A stretch of DNA of 53,303 nucleotides from a virus. Taxonomy: Duplodnaviria; Caudoviricetes. Position 1 is the stretch's first letter. Every line of letters starts with the position of its first letter. The stretch is from positions 1 to 53,303 of the IMG/VR virus record IMGVR_UViG_3300014656_000004; one strand, 5' to 3'. Positions 27,928 to 36,600 of this stretch are shown here, piece by piece. The notes below the pieces were generated by a model. It had not been told where the DNA came from. It saw nothing but the letters and a program-made list of their open reading frames with translations, and ran no database searches. The translations under genes were made by a program, and so were the position numbers.

Positions 27928-28509
27928 TTATTTCTCCTCTAATAATACGGGGGGCACATCGAAAGTCCTTTGCAGGGCATATCCCAACATCAAATGTAAA
28001 AGTAAATGTCCCACCTTACGCCGAGTATTGGCACATCGGCTTTTCCATGGTAAGAAGATAACATGAAAACCATACTTCGCAATAGCAAGGGATAGCCGAT
28101 GGGCAACTAATTCTGGATTCTGGATTTTTGGATCATCCCCAAGCAATTCCTGCGGAGAAGCCTCTACCAACAAAAGGGGATGTCGGCAGGATGCAATCAA
28201 TCGCCGAAATGCTTTTGCCTGTCTAATCCGGTCGTGGGACTCATTAAGGTTCTTATATATCTCAAGCTGGCTCGCCTTACGTTCTGCAATACATTCTTCG
28301 GGATATTCCTTGAGCCGGTAATCTCCACAGTCCAACTTGACTCGTTCCTGCTTTACTGCTATTGGAATCATTTTGTGGGTGAGTTCTGGGTCGCCTATTT
28401 TAATTATAGCTGGAAATAGTAACGGAAATTGTTCACGAGAATCAATCTGAATCGTAATAACATTTGGTATTTTATAACGCCAATGTTTATCGGTCTTTCG
28501 AGGTATCAT
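27928..28509 (-). CDS. ERCC4-domain nuclease (possible resolvase)
   Basis: IDSREQ...LDCGDY...AERK...LLVE. Confidence 0.85.
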   Translation of the reverse strand: MIPRKTDKHWRYKIPNVITIQIDSREQFPLLFPAIIKIGDPELTHKMIPIAVKQERVKLDCGDYRLKEYPEECIAERKASQLEIYKNLNESHDRIRQAKAFRRLIASCRHPLLLVEASPQELLGDDPKIQNPELVAHRLSLAIAKYGFHVIFLPWKSRCANTRRKVGHLLLHLMLGYALQRTFDVPPVLLEEK

Positions 28510-28747
28510 TTCCCAATTCCTTATCAAGCAAATCACAATCCGATGGACTTAAATGCTCCGCCACTTTCCAAAACCACAACAGAGCTTCTTTCCATCCTAA
28601 TCCAAAATCAATTTCGTCAGGAGGACGATTGGGAAATCTTTTCTTACATTCTTCATACACTTTTTTGACTTCTTTCATATTTTGTATTCCTTCTTTTGTA
28701 ATGGCATAGTCAGGAAATTCAGGAATAGTTTTCATTTCGTTACTCAT
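28487..28747 (-). CDS. Hypothetical protein, NUMOD4-like start
   Basis: KTIPEFPDYAITKEG. Confidence 0.55.
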   Translation of the reverse strand: MSNEMKTIPEFPDYAITKEGIQNMKEVKKVYEECKKRFPNRPPDEIDFGLGWKEALLWFWKVAEHLSPSDCDLLDKELGNDTSKDR

Positions 28748-31325
28748 ATACTCGTTTCTCCGTTACCCAAGGAATTTCCCTTCCAGCCCACCGATAGAAT
28801 ATATCGAGGACGTAGGGATGTTCCATATTTCTGATTATAATTTCATCGACGACTTCTTCCTCGCCGGGGAAAATGTCGGCGAAAAGGGCATCATAAATCT
28901 GCAAACAAATAAGAGTTTTCAAATGCAAATCTCGAAACTCTTGTATTATCTGATAATGTGCAGATTGTAAAAGTTGAGCACAAGGAGTCTGGTGCATAAA
29001 GTTACAGATTTCATTTGTATAGCTGGCTACTCCGCTCGGCCCAAGCCCAAAAGTCCTACTCCATCCCGTAGGCAATACAAGGTATCCCTGTTTTGATGCT
29101 AAATCAATTAATCTGTCTTGCCACTCTTTATAGACAGGATGTTTATTATACCATACATTTATAGCTCTTTGGCAAAAAGACAATTCCAACTCTACCCCGG
29201 CATCTCCGAGCACTACTTTTTGAAAAGCCTCCGGGCCTCCTTTGAAGATAACCAAAAAGTTTAGACTCTTACAAGCTGTATATTCTTTGGGGTATTTTTT
29301 CTTGAAGTCCGAACAAAATAAATCAGGGAAAACATCCGCTGCTGTTTTCAAATGAACACTCTCTCCTTCTTTTTGATAAATTTCCATCAATGGCGGGTCT
29401 CCTGAAAGTAAAGCCGCCATTCTTAAGTGGTCTTGATTATAATCATACTCAACTAACTTTCCCCCCCTCCATCGAGATGTGGAGCAATCTCTAATAGAAT
29501 GTGGTTCAGTTTGTCTCGCAGGTTTCTTACAACTAAAGCGTCCCTGGGTTTGACCTCCGACTTTATCATCGGAACTTCCTCCCCGCTCAAAGTAACTGGG
29601 AATGGGATACCACGATGGGAAAACCATCCCGACATTTCCATTTCGGATAACAATACCTTGTCTTGGATTGGACAGTAGAGGTTTTGTATAGGTATTGACA
29701 ATTTTGCTCCTTTCCTTATATTCCTGAAAGTTAGATACAATGTCCAAATGTATCCCCTCTGGTAAATGCTTTTTCAGCAGGTTAGCGTTCTCCACCCCAA
29801 TAGAAATATTTTTCGTCTTGTCAGTATATTGAACTCGGCTGTCTCCTATTAAGTCAGCTTCTTCCACACACTCCAAGAAAAATTGTCGTAATGGTTTATC
29901 CGAACCCCGACCCGCCAACTTTATACCATATTCTGTCTCTGTATATTCAAGAAGCTGCTGGCACCGTACTTGTTCTTCGTTATGAAATTTTTCCAACTTC
30001 GTGACATCCAAAGCACTGCCATTCAAATCCAAATCGAAAGTGTCCCACACAATAGCATTCCTCATCCAAGCACATTCGTCACTCAACTTTTCCGAATCCT
30101 CTCCGTATCGGTCAACGAGCCTTGTCAATAATTCTTCTCTCAACTTCAAGGTGGTGACACCATCGACTCCATTGTATTTATGTAACTCCTTATCCCAAGG
30201 GGACTTAGCATTACCAGACCCACCAGAAATCATTATCTTTTGGTAATCGGAAATACCAAATAACATCGACAATTCCTTGAGACCTTTCTCTGGCTGTTGC
30301 TCATATAAAAGAAAACTCAAAATCAAAGTATCATCCATTTTCAATCTGCGGGGGTCAATCCAATAACGAAGTTCCCTATCTGCGGAGGCTAAATACATCA
30401 AATCGAATTTTACATTTTGTCCGACAAGAGTAATCCCCTTTTGTGATAGGACTCTAAACCATTGTCGAATAATCTGTAAATGCTTCGAGTCACTGAAAAC
30501 GTATTCTGCGGAGTGTATTATCCCCGTCAAGTCTCGCCATGAAAAATTAATACAAATTACTTGGTCGGGGAAATCAACCCCGTCAATATATTTAGATTTA
30601 ATCGGATTGAAAACAGTCTGCTCTACTCCTTTCAAGATTCCATAAGTTTCAATATCACAAGACACGACATCAGGAAGTTCATCAGGGACAGATATTCCAA
30701 GTTCCGGTTCTTCAATCTCCTCATTTGGAATAAACTGTCCCTCCAAATACCTCCGCAGAAGAACAAAATGAGATTCAACCGCCCGTACCAATGCCGGTTT
30801 TCTCAATGGATGCAACATCGCCAAGTGAAAAGTGCTAAAGACTCGAATCATTGGGAAATCCAACATCGTTCCCCCTTGTTTCTTAAAGACATCTTTCAGG
30901 GCACTGTTGTTGGTGACACTATAAACGGCTTTTGCTCCGATAGCGAAGATAATAACTTCCTCATATTGACTCAACAAAAATAGGATATCTACAAATAAAT
31001 AATCCCGGCAGGCTCTCACTTGTGCTTGCGTTATGTCCCCGCCTTGAGGATGCCGACAACGACAGGCATTGGCCAAATAAATATCACAATACTTTTCTAA
31101 TTCGGATGCCTCAATGAATTTGCCAAGCAACTGCCCTGTATAACCAATCCAAGATTTCCCTGCTCTATCTTCATTTACGCCTGGATTTTGCCCGACAATC
31201 AACAGAACCTTATCTTTAGAAACAGGTTGATTGTCCCGGAAAGGTCTCGTCGGAATCCCAGGGTTAGAGGCCGATTCACAAAGAGAACATTTCGTACAAT
31301 CAGGATGGGATTGGAATTTAATCAT
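28740..31325 (-). CDS. Family A DNA polymerase with N-terminal family-4 UDG-like domain and 3'-5' exonuclease
   Basis: CxxC...GQNPG..ED...NACRCR (UDG); DIET, NVKFD, YNGVD (exo); TQGRFS, DYNQDHLR, KSLNF, QIYDAL (pol). Confidence 0.9.
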   Translation of the reverse strand: MIKFQSHPDCTKCSLCESASNPGIPTRPFRDNQPVSKDKVLLIVGQNPGVNEDRAGKSWIGYTGQLLGKFIEASELEKYCDIYLANACRCRHPQGGDITQAQVRACRDYLFVDILFLLSQYEEVIIFAIGAKAVYSVTNNSALKDVFKKQGGTMLDFPMIRVFSTFHLAMLHPLRKPALVRAVESHFVLLRRYLEGQFIPNEEIEEPELGISVPDELPDVVSCDIETYGILKGVEQTVFNPIKSKYIDGVDFPDQVICINFSWRDLTGIIHSAEYVFSDSKHLQIIRQWFRVLSQKGITLVGQNVKFDLMYLASADRELRYWIDPRRLKMDDTLILSFLLYEQQPEKGLKELSMLFGISDYQKIMISGGSGNAKSPWDKELHKYNGVDGVTTLKLREELLTRLVDRYGEDSEKLSDECAWMRNAIVWDTFDLDLNGSALDVTKLEKFHNEEQVRCQQLLEYTETEYGIKLAGRGSDKPLRQFFLECVEEADLIGDSRVQYTDKTKNISIGVENANLLKKHLPEGIHLDIVSNFQEYKERSKIVNTYTKPLLSNPRQGIVIRNGNVGMVFPSWYPIPSYFERGGSSDDKVGGQTQGRFSCKKPARQTEPHSIRDCSTSRWRGGKLVEYDYNQDHLRMAALLSGDPPLMEIYQKEGESVHLKTAADVFPDLFCSDFKKKYPKEYTACKSLNFLVIFKGGPEAFQKVVLGDAGVELELSFCQRAINVWYNKHPVYKEWQDRLIDLASKQGYLVLPTGWSRTFGLGPSGVASYTNEICNFMHQTPCAQLLQSAHYQIIQEFRDLHLKTLICLQIYDALFADIFPGEEEVVDEIIIRNMEHPYVLDIFYRWAGREIPWVTEKRVYE

Positions 31326-31578
31326 CTCCGATTAATGCTCCTCTGGATTGTTCACACGAATTGAAAGACCCATCGGAATCAACAAGATTTTGTTTGAAAG
31401 ATTCTCTCATTGCTTCGTAACATTCCGGATGTTGATATGACGAATTAAAATCCCCCTCGAATTTATAAACTCTAATAATAGCCTTTTCCTCTTTTTGAAT
31501 TATGATCCCACACCATTCACATTGCTGTTTTTTTCGACATTTCACAATTCGACCATTATCGTCTATATTTTCATACAT
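31318..31578 (-). CDS. Small Zn-finger-like protein
   Basis: RK...CEWCG..I...HPEC. Confidence 0.7.
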   Translation of the reverse strand: MYENIDDNGRIVKCRKKQQCEWCGIIIQKEEKAIIRVYKFEGDFNSSYQHPECYEAMRESFKQNLVDSDGSFNSCEQSRGALIGDD

Positions 31579-31581
31579 TTT

Positions 31582-31785
31582 TCACCCCAAAAATTTCTTT
31601 AGTCTATTGACGAATCGTGACCATAAGGAGTCTCGTTTATATCGCCTTCTTAAAATTTCAGTTGCACTTCTAATAGGGGGTTTCACATATACAGGAGTCT
31701 CTTCGTGCATCGCAATACGTTTCCTGATTTTGTTGGGAACACGAACCTCAAAAGGCTTCTTAGGATTGTTTTTGAAATATCCCAT
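31582..31785 (-). CDS. Small basic protein (start MGYFKNN)
   Basis: GAAAGGAA RBS after the promoter at 31810-31838. Confidence 0.6.
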   Translation of the reverse strand: MGYFKNNPKKPFEVRVPNKIRKRIAMHEETPVYVKPPIRSATEILRRRYKRDSLWSRFVNRLKKFLG

Positions 31786-31809
31786 TTTCGTTCCTTTCAA
31801 TATGTGTGT

Positions 31810-31857
31810 ATTATACCAAATCCTGCGGAGGGAGTCAAGTGAAAAATAAAAATTATT
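31810..31857 (-). promoter_or_regulatory. Promoter TTGACT-N17-TATAAT with the motif in the spacer; 48-bp exact repeat of 35480-35527
   Basis: TTGACT cCCTCCGCAGGatttgg TATAAT. Confidence 0.85.
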
Positions 31858-34800
31858 GCAAATATTTTCCAAGACCGACATCACCTACGTCAATGTCTCG
31901 TGTGATATTGGCAAGGCTGGCCTCACCTAAAATCTGGGAGAATAAAGGTCGATAGGCGGAAGGCAAACCACGTTCAATTCGGTGTAATCGTGAAATCTCC
32001 CGCCGGTTCTCAAGTGCTCTAATATCGGACTTCTTTATTTGTAGAGGGCCTAATTCCGGATAAGCCTTAGTGAACTCTTTCTGAACGGCTTCGGCCTTCC
32101 TGTTATCATTTTCCGACAATGCCTGTAGGTAATCTCGTTTGTACGCTCGAATTTTTTCCCGTTGGGCCAGTAACCACTGTGCCGCCGCTTGCTCTGCGGC
32201 TACACTTGAAGGCCGTAATCCCAATGTTTTCAATGTCAACTGAAAAGGAGTTACTGCCCCAATCAAAGCATGTTTATTATTATAAATCGGAATCCTTCCA
32301 TCTGGAGTTCTATTTTTATAATCTGCATATTTAGGATGCAAAGCTCGATACGCTTTCCTCGCCGCTATTCCGCCAGGCACTAATAAAGCTGCCGTAGCCC
32401 CTAAGTCTTTACCCTCTCCGGTCAACAGAGCCTTCGCCCCTGTGCCGATAACTCCTACTGCTGGCGGTACAAGAGGGAATGGATAGAAGGGAGACCCTTC
32501 GTATGTTGGTATAGGCAAAGCCCCCATCGCCAAACCAGATGATATATCCACTCCCAACAAGTTCTTTGCTCCCAAATACATAGCTGTAGAACCTGCCATA
32601 GTCCGTCCTATTGTACCCCAATCCAATTTAGAGGGGTCTGGCCCCATCCTAAGAGACTGGTGTAGGAAAGCTCCAAATCGCATAGGAAAGTGCATAAACT
32701 GCTTCCAAGGAGGCCACATATTAATTAGAGCTTTAGGAATCCCCAACGGCCCCCCTGTAAACTGAGTCGTCATCGTCAAAGTCTGTCCAACTTTCCCAGC
32801 TTCCTTGACTATCTTATCTCTTACTGCGGATGAAGCCCCGGCTAATATATGTTTATTTTCATACAGGTGTTGATTCCTACCTGCATAATATGACATAATT
32901 CTATTGCCACCTTCTGATGTGGCAAAAGGCATCAACATCCCCGTCTTAACTTTCTCCCATATTCTTTTCCACCCCGCCCCGCTAAACATCTTTCTTGAAA
33001 GTCCTTCTTTGGCAATATCCCCAGCAAGTAGTGATTCTACAATATTAGATGCTTCTCCCATATCAGCTACATATTCTGGAAATGCTAATCTAAAAGCCTC
33101 CTTCGTGGATTTTCTATCCACTATCATCATTTTAAGATATTTCCCCATCTTAGCAAGAGCACCTTCACTGCCTGGAACACCCTTCAATCCTCGATACATG
33201 CCCATTACACCAACTTGATTTAGTGTAGTTATTAGAGTTTGTAAACTATTTTTACTTGCCGGAGAAATGTTACCCCCTAATGTCGAAAGATGAAACCAAT
33301 GAGAAATATTTGCTCCTGCACCCTCCGCAGACCAAGAACCTGAAATGTCTCCTGTTCCTTTCATTAACCAATCCTTGCCCTTTTTACCAACAATCTGTTC
33401 CACCATCGGATGTGTTTTAACGAACTCATGCACCTTGGCTTTCTTGGTAGAAAACCAAATAGACCTTCGTAGTTCCTGCCATGATTTATTACCCATAAGA
33501 TGTGGAACTATATCGTCATACACATAAGATTCCCCCCAAGGCATGTTCTCCCACACCCCGGGTTTATTAGCTATAACGTTTATTCTCTCACCAGCCCCGG
33601 TTCCATGCCAGGAATAGGTAGTAGCGGTTGCATTAGTGTATCTTTTGGTAGCATCCCAAATATCGAGAGTATACTGCCGGGGAGTCCCCATAACCCGTCC
33701 CACATCTCGCACTTCGGCTCGAAAGAAATCTTCCCCTTTGATACGGGCTTCTGTTAAAGAGTCTGCCATAGCATTCAACGTATCTGCTGCGGTTTTTTTG
33801 CCCCCAAATCTCCCCGCAAAATCAAGTTTTTGCCCTGCCCCCTTCGTGAAATAATTTTCCATTCTACTTATAAATTCAACATTTGCTCGCCCAGAATCTA
33901 ATCCTAATCCCTGAACGTCCTTCCAAACTTTCTCCACTTCAAGAGCAGCATCGTCTCCCCATCTATTAAAAACAGTTCTGGCAGCATTAGTATAACCTCG
34001 TGGAATAAGCCCCGCCGATTCCATCTCTTGTAGTTGTTCTAAATTAGTAATTCCCCCGCCAGTTCTTGCAATAGATTCTTTAGATAATGGGCCAGTCTTA
34101 GCTTCTTTACGCATAAATGCTTTATAGTTGGTACGGGTTGTACCTCGTATTGCCTTCAAAGAATATTTATCATATTGAGCATTTCTTGGGAAATAATCAT
34201 CTATCTCATCCCCATAAGTTAATCCCAATTTTGCCAAAGAATCTTTAACTCGTTTCTCTCCTCCAGGAGTACCTTTTAACATATCTTTGACTTGATTTAA
34301 CCACCCCCGCATATCCCCATAAAGACCGTGCACTTCCTTTCTCATCTTGCCACTAATTCCGCCAGCAATAGGAACATCTTTGCCCCCCATAATAGCTACG
34401 ATTTCCGGTTCATTCCCAAGCATTTTTACCATTGCATGAGTTGGTTTGTCTAATCCATCTAATTTCGCAGCTACTGCATACCCTTCTACTTTAGAGAGAC
34501 GACCAGCCTTGCCAAACATCTTCTCAATTTTATCGATTTGTTTGGATAGATATTTCGTTTTAGAACTTATAACATCCGCCATAGCTTGGTACATTCCGGG
34601 GACACTGCGGAGATTATTAATGGCCGGATGTATCCCTGACATTATTTCTCCCATAGCTTTAGCCTTTGGCATCATCCCTTTTGCCAAATCAAGCATAGGC
34701 TTCGTAGAGCCAATCGGAAATTTCCACAACCCCACTACAAGTCCCATAATAACTAACGGATTCGTGGCAATATCCGTTATAGTTTTTAGTATAGGGTCTG

Positions 34801-35008
34801 GCTTCTTTCCTTTGAACAGAGCATTACGAAACGATTGAATCTCGTGTGGAGTCAAAGTTTGAGGGCTAAAGATAGCCCGAGTCATTGGGTCGATGTCCCC
34901 CCGCAGCAAATTAGCAAAAGCTAATTGAGGTCTATCATAGAATGTAATTGGAAAATCAGCCGCAGCAATACCATAAGGAACATCTTCGTCTGGATTATAT
35001 TTAGCCAT
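31853..35008 (-). CDS. Large internal virion / ejection protein (1051 aa)
   Basis: Size, helical Gly/Ala/Lys-rich composition, QFMHFP motif, last gene of the virion cluster. Confidence 0.6.
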   Translation of the reverse strand: MAKYNPDEDVPYGIAAADFPITFYDRPQLAFANLLRGDIDPMTRAIFSPQTLTPHEIQSFRNALFKGKKPDPILKTITDIATNPLVIMGLVVGLWKFPIGSTKPMLDLAKGMMPKAKAMGEIMSGIHPAINNLRSVPGMYQAMADVISSKTKYLSKQIDKIEKMFGKAGRLSKVEGYAVAAKLDGLDKPTHAMVKMLGNEPEIVAIMGGKDVPIAGGISGKMRKEVHGLYGDMRGWLNQVKDMLKGTPGGEKRVKDSLAKLGLTYGDEIDDYFPRNAQYDKYSLKAIRGTTRTNYKAFMRKEAKTGPLSKESIARTGGGITNLEQLQEMESAGLIPRGYTNAARTVFNRWGDDAALEVEKVWKDVQGLGLDSGRANVEFISRMENYFTKGAGQKLDFAGRFGGKKTAADTLNAMADSLTEARIKGEDFFRAEVRDVGRVMGTPRQYTLDIWDATKRYTNATATTYSWHGTGAGERINVIANKPGVWENMPWGESYVYDDIVPHLMGNKSWQELRRSIWFSTKKAKVHEFVKTHPMVEQIVGKKGKDWLMKGTGDISGSWSAEGAGANISHWFHLSTLGGNISPASKNSLQTLITTLNQVGVMGMYRGLKGVPGSEGALAKMGKYLKMMIVDRKSTKEAFRLAFPEYVADMGEASNIVESLLAGDIAKEGLSRKMFSGAGWKRIWEKVKTGMLMPFATSEGGNRIMSYYAGRNQHLYENKHILAGASSAVRDKIVKEAGKVGQTLTMTTQFTGGPLGIPKALINMWPPWKQFMHFPMRFGAFLHQSLRMGPDPSKLDWGTIGRTMAGSTAMYLGAKNLLGVDISSGLAMGALPIPTYEGSPFYPFPLVPPAVGVIGTGAKALLTGEGKDLGATAALLVPGGIAARKAYRALHPKYADYKNRTPDGRIPIYNNKHALIGAVTPFQLTLKTLGLRPSSVAAEQAAAQWLLAQREKIRAYKRDYLQALSENDNRKAEAVQKEFTKAYPELGPLQIKKSDIRALENRREISRLHRIERGLPSAYRPLFSQILGEASLANITRDIDVGDVGLGKYLQ

Positions 35009-35203
35009 TCAATTTCTCTGTTTTATATCGTATATAACATTGAATAGTGAAAAGAATTACTATTATTGTTGTTATTGTCAAATTGAATATCCCCCCAAAA
35101 ATGAAAAATAAACTAATCATAAAAGCCACACAAAAAACTGAAATCATTGTAAATAAATTCATTTTCTATTCCTTTCAAATAAAATTCATTTTCTAAATTA
35201 TAT

Positions 35204-35461
35204 TTAGGCGTAAGAATCTTCTGGAACTTTCCAATCAGAAAAATCAAGAATGGGCGACAACACAATACAATTTTCTGTTAAACCCGTAGCCATTTTTAAG
35301 GTGCAACTTATAATCTCCCGAGCTTGTCCAAAAGCATCATCTCCATTTGGTTTTTTTCCTCTCCAAAATAGAACTACCCTGTTTCCATAAGAAGGACTCA
35401 ACGTCAAAATTTCTTCAATTTTTGTGTGTAATTCTTTTAGAGTCATTTTTCTATCTTTCAA
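35204..35461 (-). CDS. Inserted hypothetical protein (MTLKEL...)
   Basis: Has its own promoter and is flanked by leader repeats. Confidence 0.65.
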   Translation of the reverse strand: MKDRKMTLKELHTKIEEILTLSPSYGNRVVLFWRGKKPNGDDAFGQAREIISCTLKMATGLTENCIVLSPILDFSDWKVPEDSYA

Positions 35462-35479
35462 TTAAATTTCATTTTCTAA

Positions 35480-35527
35480 ATTATACCAAATCCTGCGGAG
35501 GGAGTCAAGTGAAAAATAAAAATTATT
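35480..35527 (-). promoter_or_regulatory. Promoter with the motif in the spacer; copy 2 of the 48-bp repeat
   Basis: Identical to 31810-31857. Confidence 0.85.
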
Positions 35528-35744
35528 TTACTAATCCACCTTTTAGAATAGTCTTTAATATAGCGTCTGTATTTTTTTTTGTAAAAGACATGCCCATTGG
35601 TTGTACTTTTTTTGCACCTAAAATAAAATTCATTAATGCCTGATTTATATTTTGTGCCCCTATTGAGGACTGAGCTGCCCTCACATATCCGGCACGATAC
35701 ATTTGAATAAGTTTAGCAAGGATTTTTGCAGCATTTTTAGGCAT
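35523..35744 (-). CDS. Small hypothetical virion-cluster protein
   Basis: Tightly packed in the operon. Confidence 0.6.
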   Translation of the reverse strand: MPKNAAKILAKLIQMYRAGYVRAAQSSIGAQNINQALMNFILGAKKVQPMGMSFTKKNTDAILKTILKGGLVK

Positions 35745-36149
35745 TTAGCCCCCAATTCTATATTCCCCTTTTGCAAGAGAAGGCCCCAAAACACCCCCGC
35801 TTATTTGTTGCATTAAAGCTTGGTGTGCCATAGCCTCTTCCTCTTGAGCTTGTGGTAAGGCGGCCTGATAATATAGATTTTCCGGTGTTATCATTTCGGC
35901 CTGACTTCTCAATCCCGCCCTCTGAATCCCACGCATTCCCCGACCATGTATCCCTCCCATTACCTGATTCAAAAGCCAATCAAAAAATAACGAACCCCCT
36001 ATTCCCTTTGCAAGAGGAGACTGCATTCCCCTACTCAAACTTTCCTGAATACCTTTTAGAGAAGGCTTTCCTTTAAGAATCCCTCCAGCACCTTGTCCGG
36101 CTTCTGGCCCGAATAATTGGTCATAATAGGCATCGCTTCCATTAGGCAT
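35745..36149 (-). CDS. Gly/Gln-rich putative ejection protein
   Basis: Composition and operon position. Confidence 0.55.
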   Translation of the reverse strand: MPNGSDAYYDQLFGPEAGQGAGGILKGKPSLKGIQESLSRGMQSPLAKGIGGSLFFDWLLNQVMGGIHGRGMRGIQRAGLRSQAEMITPENLYYQAALPQAQEEEAMAHQALMQQISGGVLGPSLAKGEYRIGG

Positions 36150-36150
36150 G

Positions 36151-36600
36151 TTAAAATCCTCCTCTCAATAATCCAAGTACCCCAGCCCCTCCTCTTCCTG
36201 GCTGACGTTGTCCTATTGCTTGCACTGCTTGAAGCACCAAGGCCATTTGTTGATTTTGACTTTCTGTAAAAGCCTGCATAGCGGCAATATCACGAGACTC
36301 TCTCATTTCCTCTTTTCTCATTTTCAATAAGGCTTCCGTATATTCTTTTGCTTTGGCACGAGATTCCTTATAACCCCGCTCTGTAGCCTCCGCAGAAGCC
36401 TTCTGCATCAATTCTTGCAGCCTCATTTGTTCTCGGGTTAATCCCCGCTCTCCGGCCTGTTCAGCGGCAGTAATTCCTTTGCCCCCCAAATACCCCGCTC
36501 CAAGTAATAAATGAAGAAAATACTTAGACCCCATTAATGCTTTAAGTGCCATCCCCGCTTTACCTGCTGCCAATCCCGCTCCGTATGCTACAGGAACCAT
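36151..36600 (-). CDS. Putative ejection/pilot protein
   Basis: Gly/Ala hydrophobic N-terminus followed by coiled coil. Confidence 0.55.
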   Translation of the reverse strand: MVPVAYGAGLAAGKAGMALKALMGSKYFLHLLLGAGYLGGKGITAAEQAGERGLTREQMRLQELMQKASAEATERGYKESRAKAKEYTEALLKMRKEEMRESRDIAAMQAFTESQNQQMALVLQAVQAIGQRQPGRGGAGVLGLLRGGF

